Shown: piece after piece, positions 42,994-58,126 of the stretch
How the letters are laid out: each line of letters begins with the position of its first letter
How positions within the stretch are numbered: position 1 is the first letter of the stretch
Source: Eledone cirrhosa
Lineage: Eukaryota
Direction of reading: 5' to 3'
DNA length: 64,000 bases
Assembly (NCBI GenBank): GCA_964016885.1
Contig: OZ024742.1
Coordinates: forward strand, 133,362,001 to 133,426,000
Notes under the pieces: generated by a model
Database searches by the model: none
The model's input: only the letters and a program-made list of their open reading frames with translations
What the model was told of the DNA's origin: nothing
Translations under genes and position numbers: made by a program

Positions 42994-45900
42994 GTGTGTG
43001 TGTGTAAGTATATGTCTATATATATATATATCATATATGGTCACGTTTTATGAATGAAATTCCGGATTTCATTTATTCGATGTCTATTAAGGTTGAATTT
43101 TGCTTTGAGCATTGACGCATTTGGTATCCTCTCATTGTTAGTATATGGGTGTCTGGGACATTCACACCATACACATTGCTCAAAGCCAGGTCACTGTTTC
43201 TGCTCTCCTGCTAAATTTCATTATCATATTTATAAGTTTCTTCGAAAATCTATTGTGGCACTTCCATCCGAGACTTCTCCTTTCTTTTCTCCTCTTAATT
43301 CACGCCAGCTGGACCAGGCGCTTCTTAACATAGTTGTAAAGCATTTTCAAAATCTAATTCACGCTTTTCTCTTGAATGAGGTAAATATTTTGGCTTTATC
43401 TTCCTGGCCTTTTCTTCTTCCCTTGTTTTTTTAATTCATTTCCTCGACACAGCAATATCAGGATGTATTCTTCCACTATCAGATCCTTCTTCATTTTGTC
43501 TTATATATTCTTCATCATTTTCGTAGTCCTTGTAGGTAGACAGTTCACTTATTTGAGACAATGCGATATGTAAAGGGGGCGTGTTCGTGGCACTAACGTA
43601 GTCACCAGATCCGTCCTGTAGGTTGTTACTCGGTTGGTTACTCGACAGAATTATGGCTTGGTGACACGAAAATAAAAGCCATGTCCACCCTGTAACGTGG
43701 TCGATTTGTTGCCACGACAAAAGGTGCTCATGATACACTGTAAAGTGGTCGTTTTGGTGACACGATAAATGACCCCCAGTCCGCACTGTAAATGTTGTTT
43801 GCGTTAGGAAGGTCATCCAGTCGCACACTCCAAACTGAAACAGTTTTATATGAGCAAGACAAGGTCATCTGACCTGACTTGAACCCCGGCGAGACAACTC
43901 GTCTACCCATGTTAGCGGAGAACAATGTATATGAGCTGAAGTATCTCATTGCCATACGGAGCATTAGCCGGCCACGTGTAAATTACCTCCTCTTCATGTT
44001 GCTGTGGTTAGTGTCTTAAAAATTCATAGCAAAAGGCTCTAAATGTTTTTTCACAAACATTCTGTATATCAATCAATATAAAATACGCACATTTATATTT
44101 ATAACGCTATGCTGGAACCCCAGTATAATTGTGTGTGTGCGATTCAATTTTACTGTATCTACAACATGCAAATAAATGGGATATAACAGCATGAATATTT
44201 GTATTATTATAAGAAGACAAATGGAAAAAATGTAACAGAAAAGGCTAACATGCAATGAGTTTGAGTGTACTATAATCATTGATCGTTTGTGAATATAGCT
44301 TGTCATATGCCTGGAGCTTTCTTCTTAATCAAATTAAATATAGTCAATTTCCTTGAAGCTTTAGATAAGTTGGGTGCCAGCACATTCATTATGAAGTAAC
44401 TATGTAAAACTTCCTGACTCACGCAACATTGATATATGAAATGGACAAAAAGTCACAGTTAAGGTCATGATCACATAACAAGAGCTGCCGTTAGAATGCA
44501 GTAGTGCTTGTCTGTACCCTCATTTTTTTCACCTTTCCTTGGTTATTTTTGCAGTTCTTTCGAATCAGTTCTCATTTCTAACAATATCTACATATCTATC
44601 TACTTACCTACGTACCTACTTACATACCACCTTACATACCCAACTACCTACATACATATATACGCACATACAAGCATACATGCATACACACATACACGCA
44701 TACTTGCATACACAAATAAATACATATATACATACATACACAAATATCACATTATGTTGCATTGAGAAATTGAATTTATAGAACGAATAAAAGAATAAGA
44801 TATGTAAATAAAAAAATATATCGCATGGACAAAGAATTTCAGCACAATATATATGCAATGGTGATATATCTAATAAAATATATGAGAAAAAAAAAATATT
44901 AAAAATCAACTACAAATGATCATATAATCGATATTTCTGCAAATTACAGACTCGTTGAATCGAAAAGCAATAGAGTGAAAAACCTTGGTGAATGAAAGAA
45001 TGAAAACAACACACTAATTATAATAATACAGTATTACAAAATGGGTGCTTCATAGAATCTTGGAATCACGGAGTCTGAAAATCAAATCAATTCACTGAAT
45101 CCCTGGCACGAGAATCACCATGTTGACATATATCGAACTTGTTATTTTTATGACTGTTTTTTTTTTTTTTGTATTCTACATGATTTCCTAAACAATCAAG
45201 ACATTCTTGTAAACATTTGAACATGCATATATTTGCACTGTAACAGTTTCGATGAGATTGTATACCAGAAAAAGTTATATACATAACTGTATAACCATAG
45301 CACCATATAGTCTATAATCAGTATACTTAAATTACGCTGGGTCAATCACCTTATCTTTAAATATGTATGATACATATACACTAACAAAAATCAATTGTAA
45401 AAAACCATATTCTAATATAAAGTATATGCCTAAAATAAAAAGAAAACTTTATTTTGCTTCCTCAAAGGAAAATCTGGTTATACATTCTAAATGTGTACCA
45501 TGGGATTTACCTGGCGCATATTTAACTCTCTAAACAGTTATGATTACGCAAATTCTATACCCATGCAGTCACGGGTCTGTATCACTGAACAACACATGTC
45601 TTGTTACTTACCTTCGGCGGGACTCTTGAGTTTCTTTCACTAAATCTATTTCAATCAAACTCTGCCAGATGATGGGGGTTTACATATTCTGAAATCTAGT
45701 TTTCCACAAGCAAACATTTCTCGAGTTGACCTAGCAACCGGATAGGTCACGACTATATTACATATTCGCTTCTTATAAAATTGCACGTATATTCATGACA
45801 TGAGTCGAAATTGCTTATAGAAATTATTTTAAAACATTCTTTTCCAGTATATCGCATGATCTAGAATTCATGATTGTCCTTGTTCATCATCATAAATTGT

Positions 45901-47469
45901 GTCTGCTGATATTTGGTTTGTATATCTTTCCTAAATGTGCTTTAAAAGTATTTCCCGAATATATTCACTGTTCCTATTTCATCTAATAATGATCTAGTAT
46001 TTCAAATTGTCAGATCTTCAAATTTTAAATATATATGTTTCCTTAAGACAATAAAATATGCCTGTGGATAATTTCGTCAAACCAACGAATCACATGCTCT
46101 CCAAATAACAAAAGCATGAAATCGTAGGATGTAAGAAATACCAGTACAACGTTGAAATATGCATTAAAAACCCTAATTATATACGGTTAAAATGTAACGT
46201 TATCATTGATTTGCAAGATATTCATCAACTTAATGTTTATAGCTTGCATCAGCTGATTGTAAAGTTTCATGTAACAGATGTAACAAGATTATGTTAATAA
46301 TCTCCTGTTATTGCTACACAAATCTAAAAAAAATAAGCAAAAATAATTAAAAAGATGCTGAAATCACACCGTGTTCGACATTTCTTTGATGGTTACACCA
46401 AACAAAAATCAAAATTTATTCTACTCTTTTGGTTAATCTTTTTGTAACCTTCCAGAATCCCAAGTATATATATCGAACCGAGATCGGATACTCGAAACCA
46501 GGCTAAAATAAAATAGTTTTTACCGCTCAATGTACATGAATGTCTACATTGTTCCACGTGAATAGATTTACTCATCATTCAAATTAGGATATCACAATTT
46601 ACATTGATAGGCATTCTGTTTACATTTTCTCGGCAGAACTGTATTATATTTGAGCGATATTAGCAACTGTTGCCTACGATTTAGGGAGTTAGATAATGTA
46701 ATCAACACTATCCTAAACTGTTCCCTATTTTAGAAGAGAATCACGAACCTAAAATTTACCAGTATATGCTATTACACAATTGATGGGATTGCGACTGGAT
46801 TGATTTTCTAAAACTTCCTGCTAATGAAGGGATAAAACAATTGCCTGCTGAGTGCAAGATGGTGGTTTTCTTAATGAAAGTGAAAGAATTCAATACCGAT
46901 TATTGGCAACAGAATTGATCCAACAGATGTCCCAGACAGAGCAGTGATATCCCAATGTAATGCTGTTGAAGATTTTATGAATGAGGAATTTATTTACATA
47001 ATTATTTAAGACTCACTCACCATAGCGGAGATTCTAATGATCCTTATAATTTGACTCTGAAACGGATATGCTATTCTGAAATGTGTATTAGTTATATATA
47101 CTTTATAATGAAACAGGAATTCAACCATGCGAAAGCATGCTATTGTAAACGAACATTCCGGAGAGAATATAATTTTCACAAAATTAAACTGAAAAATGCT
47201 GGGAACAATATCTCAGATATCCTTATGGAATTATAGCCTCCAGTTCGAAAGGCCTTCAATATGCCAATCAATATAACATTATACCAAATGCTTAGTAGAA
47301 TATGTGTGTTTGTTTCAAATGATTTCCATTTACACTTCAGAAGAAACTTAATTATGCTCGATCAAAATAACATTAAAATAAACTAAAAATATTTTTTAAC
47401 TTTGCGTACAAAGGTAATCTTCTGAATGATTTTCTCAGCCATACATTTTATTCCCATTTTGTATATTGG

Positions 47470-48520
47470 TATTTGTGTGTGTGCGTGTGTGCAATTTAAC
47501 CGGTCCGTCTCTCCAGAGCCAGACGACGTTTTTGAACGGAATGGATCTGCTTCTCCAGGTGCTGAGGTGAAAGTCCCTCCAGATACTGATGGTCGACCAC
47601 ATCGAATGCTTTTGACTGGTCTGAATTGATCAAGGCCCCAACCAATGGGCAGTTCCTTAGCAACCCTTTATCTGACGTATTACATGAGTTGGAGGTTGTC
47701 GTAGATGGATCTGTCTAGAATGGCGCATGTCTATGTCCCTCTCATCAGAATCCTTACGACAATCACCAAAGCTGTTGCTAATACTTCGGCCAAAATCTTG
47801 AAATCTGCGTTCAGCAGAGTTATGAGCCTGAAATTAATTATGTTGTCCTCCTTATTCTGGTCATTTCTCAGCAGCGCCACCGCTTCATCGTTCACAGCTG
47901 TGAATTCTCCCGTTCGGCTGCCAGTTGCATTAGACGACTGTCATGATGTCGCCGAACATATCTGGCATGTGAACGTAAAGTACGTATGGTAGATCATCCA
48001 ATCCCGGTGATTAACCCAGCGTCCAACCAACCATTGCCTCCCGTACTTCAGCGGATGCTATCAGATTTTCACAACACTCCGCCTCAATGGTCCACAGTGT
48101 GCCAGATTCTCAAGGTAGGCACTAAAGTACATCCCGCTATCCGTCCCGCCGCTGACCAAACAGCTGAGGGAATAGCCGATGAAAAGCCGGACACATTTGC
48201 TCTGGATCGAGTTGACATGTATCCGTCATTTTTTCACAAGACTGAATTGTAACTTTTTTTCCACGACACGCCTCCGGCACTCTGGCGCATCGAACGGCTT
48301 TCGTCCCTTCGTTTCTGAGTGCATGCGCCGTAGCTCTGACAATGCAGCCTTCTTTGCACATCGGTCACGATGCCTTTACTAAGCGCCTCGTCTAACTTTC
48401 TAAGTAGTTCTCCCCCTACTCTATTTTTTTCTATGGCTAAACCCTTACTAAACCTAATGTACACTATTATGCCCCAGTCAACGCCCGCTTAGCTAATTCA
48501 CTAATCCTGTTTCTACATGC
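47470..48520 (-). mobile_element. Decayed L1/Tx1-like LINE ORF2 fragment
   Basis: Minus strand gives LITLLNADFKILAEVLA and a DQFRPVKAFD-type motif; homologous to the 36-38 kb copy. Confidence 0.75.
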
Positions 48521-48594
48521 TTTGGGTCGTAAATATATGCCACAAAGCATGTTGTTCAAAGTCTAAACGATTCTGCCAATCCACCGATCTAAAC

Positions 48595-49075
48595 AATAAT
48601 AATTAAGATGGTTTTTGATTTAGGCAGGGGAAAATCGATTAAATCGAACCCAGTGTGTTATTAGTGCTTTATTTTATCGACCCTGTAAGGATGAAAGGCA
48701 AAGCTATCCTCGGTGTGATTTGAACTCAGAACATAAAGAGCCGTAACTTTAAGCTGCGGAGTATGATGTTCGACTCTCTACCGATACTGCCAATCCACCG
48801 CTATTGATAATGGTTTCTGAATCAGACACACGGCCAGCAATCTGCCAATCCACTACCCACAACAATAATAATTGTTTCTATTTTTGACACAAGGCCAGCA
48901 ATTATCCCAGTGCATTACTGGTACCCTGTTTTATCGACCCCGTAAAGATGAAAGGCAAGGTTAACCTCGGCAGGTTTGAACTCAGAACGTAAAGGGACGT
49001 AGCTCTATGCTGCAAAACATGGCGTCCGACCCGCTACTGATACTACCAATCCACCTCAATAATAATAATAATATT
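48595..49075 (-). mobile_element. SINE cluster (two near-full copies plus fragments)
   Basis: SINE core at about 48670 and 48930. Confidence 0.85.
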
Positions 49076-50790
49076 AAAGCTGAACGAATTGAAACACTTA
49101 AGATTTTACAGCAATTTTATTTATATCTGTCTACAAATATATTTACACTTACCTAAACAACATTGTATAGAAGGTACATATTCGGGCAAGCGTAGGTGTA
49201 TTTGAGTATGCTTGAAAATAGAAACAATTGAGAAATTATTGCTATATGGATGCTAACCAATAGATAGGAAGTTACATTGATAAACAGATAGATGGATTGA
49301 TAGTTTGATCGATTCATTGATTTATTATTTATTGATTGATTCATTCACATACATTTAGCAGATGGGAACTTTCTTTATACATAAATGTGTATGTTTCTAC
49401 ATAGAGAGTTAGGCTGATAAATCAAAATATATATAGATAGATGTGTATGGAGAGAGCGAACCATGTATATCAATTGATGCCTACCCATGCATACTCTTCC
49501 TCACATATCCATATTTAAATATATTGCTATTTTGTATCTAGAATCCACTCATCACACTTGATCGCTGGCAACACATAAAGTATGCGCATATTCTAATTCT
49601 ATTCATTTTAATCAATGCATTATTTCACCCTCTCACAATCTATTTCTTGATGTCTCTAATTCATTCACTCTCTATCTCTTTCTTTCAATCGATTTCACTG
49701 TCTCTATTTTCTAACGACCGTCCGTTTTTGCAAGTAAGAACGCATTTACATATTTCTCTTTGTTTCAGTCACTTGTTACTCTCTATATTATGCGTGTGTT
49801 TCTGACACAATGATACGCACTTTCCCTTTCATATCCCCACTAACATACACATACGCGCAAACACATAAAGTGTTTTCAGCACTCAGAATGAGTCATGCTG
49901 CCAGTAAAGAAATTAACCACTAGCCGTATAGCCATATATATTAATCATTGGAAGAATAACTAAAGTTTGAATATCTCCTTCACTGTGTCTCTATCTATTT
50001 CCTTCTTTCAGGCTAGAACTCTCTCACTCCCTCTCTCTACTAGTAAATATCCGTTTTATAACGCCGACACACACACGACATTACATCCACTCTCATTCAC
50101 ATGCGAAGGAATAGTGGGTCACTGTTTCGTTTGACATAAAAAAAGACATAAAATCCTTGATATGAAGAAATAAACATAAAAATAAGAAAAGAGCGTTAAA
50201 AAAGGACAAAAAAACAAACAAACAAACAAACAAACATACAAATGAAGAAATAATAAAGAATGACAAATAGAAACGTGGAATTAAATAATAAATAAATAAA
50301 TAAAACAGAAGCTCTACTTTATTCAGGAATGGATTGGGACTGTGATTCAAATATTCAGTGATTAGTTGTGTGTTCAATTTTGCGACTGTGTAATTTTGCA
50401 TTCCAGCAGTGCCTTGATTTTATGATTCAATGGTTTTGTGAAATATATGTGTGTATTGGAATCTGTGAATTTTTTGTGATTGCTGAATTCTGTTATTCGC
50501 TGATTCAATTATTCGCTGATTCTATGACTTTGAATTTCGAGGAATGTTCATTCCTGTGATTTAGTGATTTAGTTTGAGTTAGCTATTTCTAGATTTTGTA
50601 ATTTCACGATTCTATAATTTGACTGTCTTGTAATGACTTCATTTTAAGATTTTGCACTCTCTGATTCGGAACTTCGTTACGAAAATCATTCCTTCATCTA
50701 GTAATTCGTTCAAACTATATTTCTAGGATTTGATATTAGTGTATTCAGGTTCATTCGCATACATACGTGCAAGACTGTATACAAGTGTGA

Positions 50791-50828
<38 letters not shown>

Positions 50829-50834
50829 TATACA

Positions 50835-51110
50835 CACAACATCATCATCATCAGGTCGAGCTTGCTCGGCTTTCTACGACACGTTTCCTCCATCCATCTC
50901 TGTCTCTCATAGCGTTTGCCAGTTCTTCGGCAGCGCATCCAGTATCGTCCTCAAGTTGCTTGACGTATGTCTTCTTGGGACTCCATAACAACACATCACC
51001 TGCTATTTCTTCCTTGCTGCGCCAACAGCGGCCAGCAAATCTGAGTCTCTGTCCACGTATTGACCTGCTGATAGGTGGTATATTGCCATAGAGATCCTTA
51101 TTTGTTGGGT
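50835..51110 (-). mobile_element. RTE-like LINE 3' end
   Basis: RGQRLRFAGRCWRSKEEIAGDVLLW, followed by a (TGA)n tail. Confidence 0.7.
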
Positions 51111-51123
51111 GTTATATGTATAT

Positions 51124-51183
<60 letters not shown>

Positions 51184-51283
51184 TTGTGTGTGTATTTATA
51201 TATACATATCTATATATATATATTAATATATGTATATATAATCACACACACACACGCACGCCCCCCCCCCACACATATATATA

Positions 51284-51325
<42 letters not shown>

Positions 51326-52009
51326 CATATGTTCTAGTGACGGTGTATCCGTGTCCATATACATGTTTTTGTGTAATTGTGCATCGACGTATCTCTGTGT
51401 ATATCTGTATAGGTGTATTTCTTACAATTAACTTTACATTTACATCTATATTACGTTATTATGCCAGTATATGCATAAATAAAAAATCCTGTTGGATAGA
51501 CCGACATGTGGTGGAAAGAATGCAAAGTAAATAAAAAATGGATTAACATTCTGTGATATATGGTTACCACGATGAGTCAGCAATATTTTGACCATTGTGG
51601 TTGGTGGGATTAATGGTTCTATCTCGATTCAGCGTTTTATTTAATGGCGAATGTGTGCTAAAGACATTACGACATTCATATAAAAATTATTGCACATGAG
51701 TTCACGAAAAATACTTGTTTAAGAGAATTTTCATAGCCACTAATCTACTTATAAATTGCAGCCAAATTCAGCAAAAATGTGTCTTATTTTCTTCAATATG
51801 GATCATCACCTATGTTAATAAATTTAGAAGTGTATTATAGATACCCGAAAACCTGAAGCGGCACTCATCTTGATCGGAATTGAGTTATAGTAAGATAAAA
51901 ATTCCAGTTGAAAGAGCTTTCAATATAATTATGTGTTCAGCAATATTTCCATATGCAACAAATATATGAAATATATATTCACAGTGTTTTTTTTTTTTTT
52001 TTTTTTTTT

Positions 52010-53000
52010 GACAACGTGAAACTACCCAGCTTGTGGCAACTCTTAAACAAAACCTTAATTAAAAGAAATATATCAACCTACTGAAAGCAACTTACACCAA
52101 CCCAACAGCATATATCAAAGCAGATTTGGGAACTACACGATCTATAGTCAATAAGAAGGGAGTTACGCTTGTGTTCACTATCAGCACTTCTTTTCTGTAT
52201 AGTTACAGCTGCACTTATCTACCAAACTGAAGAAGAATGCTCCTCTGGCTATCACATAGAAGGAGAAATCCTTTCAAATCTTAGCTATGCAGATGATCTG
52301 GCCATCATGCGTTATTCAAGAACTGATCTGCAAAATCTTCTGAATGTACTGGCCAAACATTCACTAGAGGGTGGTCTACACATCAACATTTCCAAAAAAA
52401 TGTGTATGACAACTGATAAAAAAATGCCAACTCCAACTCTCAATCTAACACCAGGAAATTGCTAAGTAACGGAGTTTGTATATCTCGGTCACAAACTATC
52501 ATCAAACAACAATGGAATGGTCGCTGTACAATACTGCATCGCTCTAGGTTGGGCAGCTTTCAGCAGGAGCAAGTTTCATACAACTTGAAGGCTAAGATCT
52601 TCGGTACTAACATCCTACGAATTGTGTTATATGGTCTTGATTGTGTTAATTGGTCGACAAGGTCGCTTTAGAAGCACTCTAATTGCAGGACCACATCAAG
52701 AGACTTATGACTTCAGCGACCGTATCTGTATCAGTGAGCTGCAAAACATCATCAGGCTTTGACCAATCACATCAGTTGTCAGGTCAGGTTCTTAAACTGT
52801 ACGGTCATATCAAAATATCAACTCGTGGTGTAAGTTATGCCTAGAAGGAAAGTTGGCTCGTAAGAGAAGCAGAGTTCGGCAGCAAAAACGCTGGCACGAT
52901 AGTGTCAAATTAGGGCCTGGACTTGACCGTTGCTATTTAAACTCTGCTGCTGGTGATCGAACTTTGTGGAGAAATATATCTCATGTTGATGCGCAGTCTG
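52010..53000 (+). mobile_element. Decayed RTE-like LINE RT fragment
   Basis: ORF 52169-52465 has LSNLSYADDLAI...GLHINISKK; downstream LEGKLARKRSRVRQQKRW. Confidence 0.7.
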
Positions 53001-53466
53001 CAACTGGTGGAGTATAGCGTCTGGAGAAGGTTCTGTCCCATCTATTTGCAGAAGATGCCAGCTCGAGCCATGTTTGCTTCGAGTCCAATGTCGTTGAGCT
53101 TATCAACACAAATTTCTGCTATATTCTTCTATATTCGCTTTCAAGTTATTCTCTTCAGCTTGGTGATGAAACCATAATATCAATTATTTCCCTGGATCTA
53201 TGTAATGAATCATTGGCGTTTTCTCGCGTAACGCAAACACTGTTGATATTCACCCTATATATTCTTTCTTTCACTCTCTTTTATTCCTCTCTGTCTCGCT
53301 GTCACTCTCCCCCTCTCCTTTCTTCATCACTCTCTCTCTGTATATATATATATATATATATTACATTTTTTTTGTCGATGGACTTTCGTCAAATCGGACC
53401 CAGCTATGTTTCCGTTGGTCATTCCAATTGCTAATACTATCTATCGGTCGCAACTCCAGGTAGAAG

Positions 53467-53741
<275 letters not shown>

Positions 53742-53771
53742 TATATAAGTATATATATATATATATATATC

Positions 53772-53803
<32 letters not shown>

Positions 53804-53940
53804 TATATAGTAATAATAATAAATTTGAAGACTAAAATCCAAAAAAGCTTCACGGCACAGGCATTGCTTTATATCTTGAGATCTCTCTGCACTTGTCATC
53901 ACATGGTACTATGGGCCGAGCACTATGTGTCAGTAATTGT

Positions 53941-54018
53941 CACAAGTGTAGTGTTTGTACCAGAGTTTTCAAGTCGCTGGCTGGACTAAAAAGTCACACT
54001 CGTTCAGCGCATCAGTAG
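53941..54018 (+). pseudogene. Isolated C2H2 zinc-finger coding remnant
   Basis: Translates as [25 protein letters not shown] (C-x2-C-x12-H-x4-H); there is an upstream in-frame stop at 53833. Confidence 0.5.
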
Positions 54019-54592
54019 GGGTTCTCCTACATGGATATAAAGTAGTGGCCGTACTCGAAAACGAGTTGGCAACCACCATGTATATGTAAATTTATATAAA
54101 AAATAGATGAAATCGAAAATGCAACTGGAGTCTTGTTTTTAAAGAAATATATATATTTATTTGGTTCCTTTACAGGTTTCGCAGTTCTTCTGTAGAGTTG
54201 AGATGGAGGGTCTGTGGTTTTTCTCACATCTGGTTGATCTTTGAATGTTACTTGTGTGATATGGAAAAAAGTGGTTCGAAACGCCAGGTTTTTAGAGAAG
54301 TAATTTGATTGGTTGGTCAATAAGTATAATAAATTTCGCACCAGTTCGCGTTACAAAGTTCTTCAAACAAGGAGGGGGTGGGCGCTTTCAGGTTGTTTTT
54401 TTCATATATGAGTGTTTGAATTTCTTTTTACTTAAAAAAGGGGGCTCACGAAGGCTTTTTTTTATAAATGCAATGTGATTGGTTATAAATGAAATTATGG
54501 TTGTCGCGTGAACAAGTTCATTAAATTTCGCGTCCGTATTTTGGAATTTATTTTATAGTCTTTTAGAGAATTTTATGACAAACAAAAATAAT

Positions 54593-54779
54593 TGTTTCTA
54601 CTATTGGCACAAGGCCAGAAAATTACCCAGTACATTACTGGTACTTTATTTTATCGACCCCGTAAGGATGAAAGGCAAAGTTAACCTCGGCGGGATTTGA
54701 ACTCAGAATGGCAAGGGCCGTAACTCTATGCGTCAAAGCATGGCGTCCGAACCTCTGCCGATACTGCCAATCCACCGCC
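54593..54779 (-). mobile_element. Full-length tRNA-derived SINE with 18-bp target-site duplication
   Basis: atgacaaacaaaaataat at 54575-54592 and 54780-54797; A box tggcagtatcgg and B box gagttcaaatcc on the minus strand. Confidence 0.92.
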
Positions 54780-55247
54780 ATGACAAACAAAAATAATGGT
54801 CAAGAGAAATGGGATGAGGGAATTGTTCTGGTTCAGTGAATATAGCAGGTTGTTTTTTCATATATGAGTGAAGTTTGGTTGGTTGATGTAGTCACGTGAA
54901 TATGTATATCAGCTTTCGCGTAAGTTTGTTTGAATTTCTTTTTACTTTAAAGAAATGTGGCTCACGAAAGCATTTTCTTTATTTTTTTTGTTTTTAAATA
55001 TAATTTGATTGGTTATAAATGAAATTTTGACTCACGTCAACAAGTTCATTAAATTACGTGCCCGTATTTGGGAATTTATTTTGTAGCCTTTTAGAAAATT
55101 TTATGACAAGCATAAGATAATGGTCAAGAGAAATGGGATGGGAGAATTGTTCTGGTTCAGTGAATATGGCTGATTCGCTGGGGTGTCAGAATTCAGATTT
55201 TCTATTGAAATAAAGAAAATAAGGATAAGTATGTTTATTTGTGTGCT

Positions 55248-55311
<64 letters not shown>

Positions 55312-55859
55312 TGTGTATATGTGTGTGTGTGTGTATAGGAAGATGATTCTATTAGTAGAAATGTGGGAGGGAGTTGTGTGTGTGTGGGTGTATATGGGTG
55401 TTATATGTGTGTGTGTGTGGGAGAATGTTAAGATGGAGAGAATATATATATTTTGTATGTGTGTATATGTGTGTAGGAAAGTGATTCTATTAGTATGGGG
55501 GAGGGAGTTGTGTGTGGGGGGGTGTATGGGTGTTATGTGTGTGTGGGAGTATGGTTAGCATGTTAAGATGAAGAGAATATATATATATATATTGTGTGTG
55601 TGTGTATGTGTGTGTGTGTGTGTGTGTATGTGTGTGTTTGTGTGTGTGTGTGTGTAGGAAAATGATTCCGTTAGTAGGAATATTTTTGAATGAACATATT
55701 TTCCTTACTTATTCATATTTGTTCTGTTGTATTGTCAGCGCAAACGTATGTTAAGGTTTATTTAGTTCGGGTTTTTATTTTCTAAAGTAGAAGGTGTTAT
55801 GTGTGTGTATGTGTATGTTTGGATGGTTAACATGTTATGGTGTTGACATAATGTATATT

Positions 55860-57508
55860 AAACCATATTTAATGCAAGCCTATATTTTTGAATAAACATA
55901 TTTTCCTTATTTATTCGTATTTGTTCTGTTGTATTGTTAGTGCAAAGGTAAAATGGGAAGACTTGGAATTTGGGTGTCTTATTACTTGCGCATATGTCTA
56001 GATACGCGCTTAGTGGTATCTGTCTCGTGGTTGAATCTCGTAATTATTGGCGATGAACTGTTATTCTGTTTCTGAGTGTGAGTTTAGTTTGTCCTATATA
56101 TTGTTCATTGCATCCTTTACATTTAATGGCATAAAGTAAATTTTTTGATGAGCAAGTGAAGTCATTTTTTTACGGCAAAATTTTGTCCTGATTTAAATGT
56201 ATACGTGTTCCCTTCAATGAGGTGAGTGCAGGTTCCACAATTAGAGCGACCACATTTTTTGACAGTTGGTTGTGAGTTTGTGGTAGGTAATTTGGCATTG
56301 TTGAGTAATGTTTTCAGTGATTTCGGTTGTCTTTTGCTTTTGAATATGTTGTGTGTTTCAAGGGCTTTTTTCATTCTTGGGTCTTGTTTCAGTAGTGGGA
56401 TGTTCTTGTGAATAGTGTTGTAAGCTTCCGCATTTCTTGGGTTGTGTGTTGAGATATATGATAGAATATTGGATGTGCCTTGAATTTGTTTTTGTTTTCG
56501 TAATTCATCAATACCTATTGCTTTAGCCCTTTCTATTCCATTATTTATTAGTAATGGTCTTTCGAGCAGAATTTCCTTTAATTCTTGAAGTCTTTTATTT
56601 CGCGTTTCATAATTGGAGACAATTGTGCAAATTCTTCTTGCTAGGTTAAAAGGAATGTTCGTCTTCGTGTGATTTGGATTGTTGGAGGTGAATAGCAGGT
56701 ATTGTTTGGAATCTGTTGGTTTGTAATGTATGTCAGTTTCAATATTTGTGTCTTTTTTTAAGATTAAGATATCCAGAAATGGGAGTTGATCTTGGCTGTA
56801 TTCCATTGTGAATTGGATTTGGTTATTGATGCTGTTTATTAAGTTTTTGAAATATTCAGTTGGTTGAGTGTGTGGGGCCAAAGAATGAGACGATCATCCA
56901 AGTAGCGTTTCCAATTCTCTGATAAATATTTGTGGAAGTTCAATCCGTATTTTGATTTGGACTGTTCATATATCTGGACTTCTAAGTATGCCATGACTAA
57001 GTTGGTATAAGTTGGGGCGGCTTTAGTAACCATCGCAGTCCCCGATATTTGCTTGTAAGTACTACCATCGAAATCAAAAAAGTTGTTCTGTAAGATAAAT
57101 GTTAATCCCTCGGTGATGAAGCTTTTTTCTATTCTGCCAGGTATTTCATTGGGATATTTCTCTAGCCAGAATCCTATTGCTTCTAGTCCGTATTGGTGTG
57201 GGATCGTTGTGTAGAAATTCACTACATCGAAAGACACAATAATAGTGTCGTTGTTGGCATGTTTGGGGATGTGGTTTAAGAGGTCCAGATCATCTCTTCA
57301 ACGCCTTGGTATGTGTTTGAGAATTGGTTTTAGTAGTATGTCTATAAACTTGCTCAGTCTGTGTGTTTCACATTGCGGGCCCGCTACAATTGGTCTTAAT
57401 TTAGGGTCTGTGGGGTATTGTGTGTTCATGCAGGCTGAGGTGGATTGTTTACAGACACCGTTAATTATGTTACACTTGTGGTTCTTCGGAAGTCCGTAAA
57501 GGTTGATA
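55860..57508 (-). mobile_element. 5'-truncated Neptune-like PLE (RT, thumb, GIY-YIG); repetitive 3' UTR probably continues toward ~54100
   Basis: LYGLPKNHK, LRPIVAGP, SFDVVNFYTTIP, GTAMVTKAAPTY, RYLDD, KPTDSKQYL, CGRSNCGTC and LLYAIKCKGCNEQYIGQT. Confidence 0.9.
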
Positions 57509-57612
57509 CATATATATATATCTGTATGTAACCACACAGGCGGACCGGGTTTTAGAGTCATACGAGTTTTCAAGGAAACACATTTCCTCTATTTTCCAGA
57601 GGGCCAGACAGG

Positions 57613-57657
57613 AATATTGGACTAGTTTCGATGTTATTACATCTCATCAGCAATATT
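57613..57657 (-). ncRNA. Type I hammerhead ribozyme (array copy 1)
   Basis: Reverse complement of aatattg-CTGATGA-gatgt(aata)acatc-GAAA-CTAG-TC-caatatt. Confidence 0.9.
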
Positions 57658-58081
57658 TACCCATCTTCCGGCTTCTCTGGAGAATTGTAAAAGCACATAT
57701 CGTTATATGCTTTTTCTATGAAAATTAGTAGTGGGTAGACCAATTTGCATAGAACGTGAGTCATTGTACGCACCGGTTCAGCGGAAACGATAAAAACAAA
57801 TAACGAAACGAAATCAAACTTCGTTTCGCTTCTAACTCACTTTTGTATGACTGACGCTTAAACAATTAAGTTAAAGTGTACATCTACATATGTATACGGA
57901 AGTATTAGTATGCATATAAATACACACATGTATACATATGTACATGTACTCAGCTTTTCACTAGACACTTTACAGTGAGTGTCAGCTAGTCTGTATGTAA
58001 CCACACAGGCGGACCGGGTTTTAGAGTCATACGAGTTTTCAAGGAAACACATTTCCTCTATTCTCCAGAGGGCCAGACAGG

Positions 58082-58126
58082 AATATTGGACTAGTTTCGA
58101 TGTTATTACATCTCATCAGCAATATT
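58082..58126 (-). ncRNA. Type I hammerhead ribozyme (array copy 2)
   Basis: Same motif, 469 bp from copy 1. Confidence 0.9.

Noticed and set aside
43054-43990. Moderately GC-rich stretch with several 60-130 aa ORFs
   Set aside because: No motif I can identify; needs BLASTX.
45612-45689. Possible minus-strand exon (ttcag...gtaagt)
   Set aside because: Stops in all three frames and no partner exons; at most non-coding.
54160-54210. GAAACCTGTA...AATAAA on the minus strand, a possible hammerhead of the 55.9-57.5 kb PLE
   Set aside because: The CUGANGA box is not recognisable; too decayed to call.
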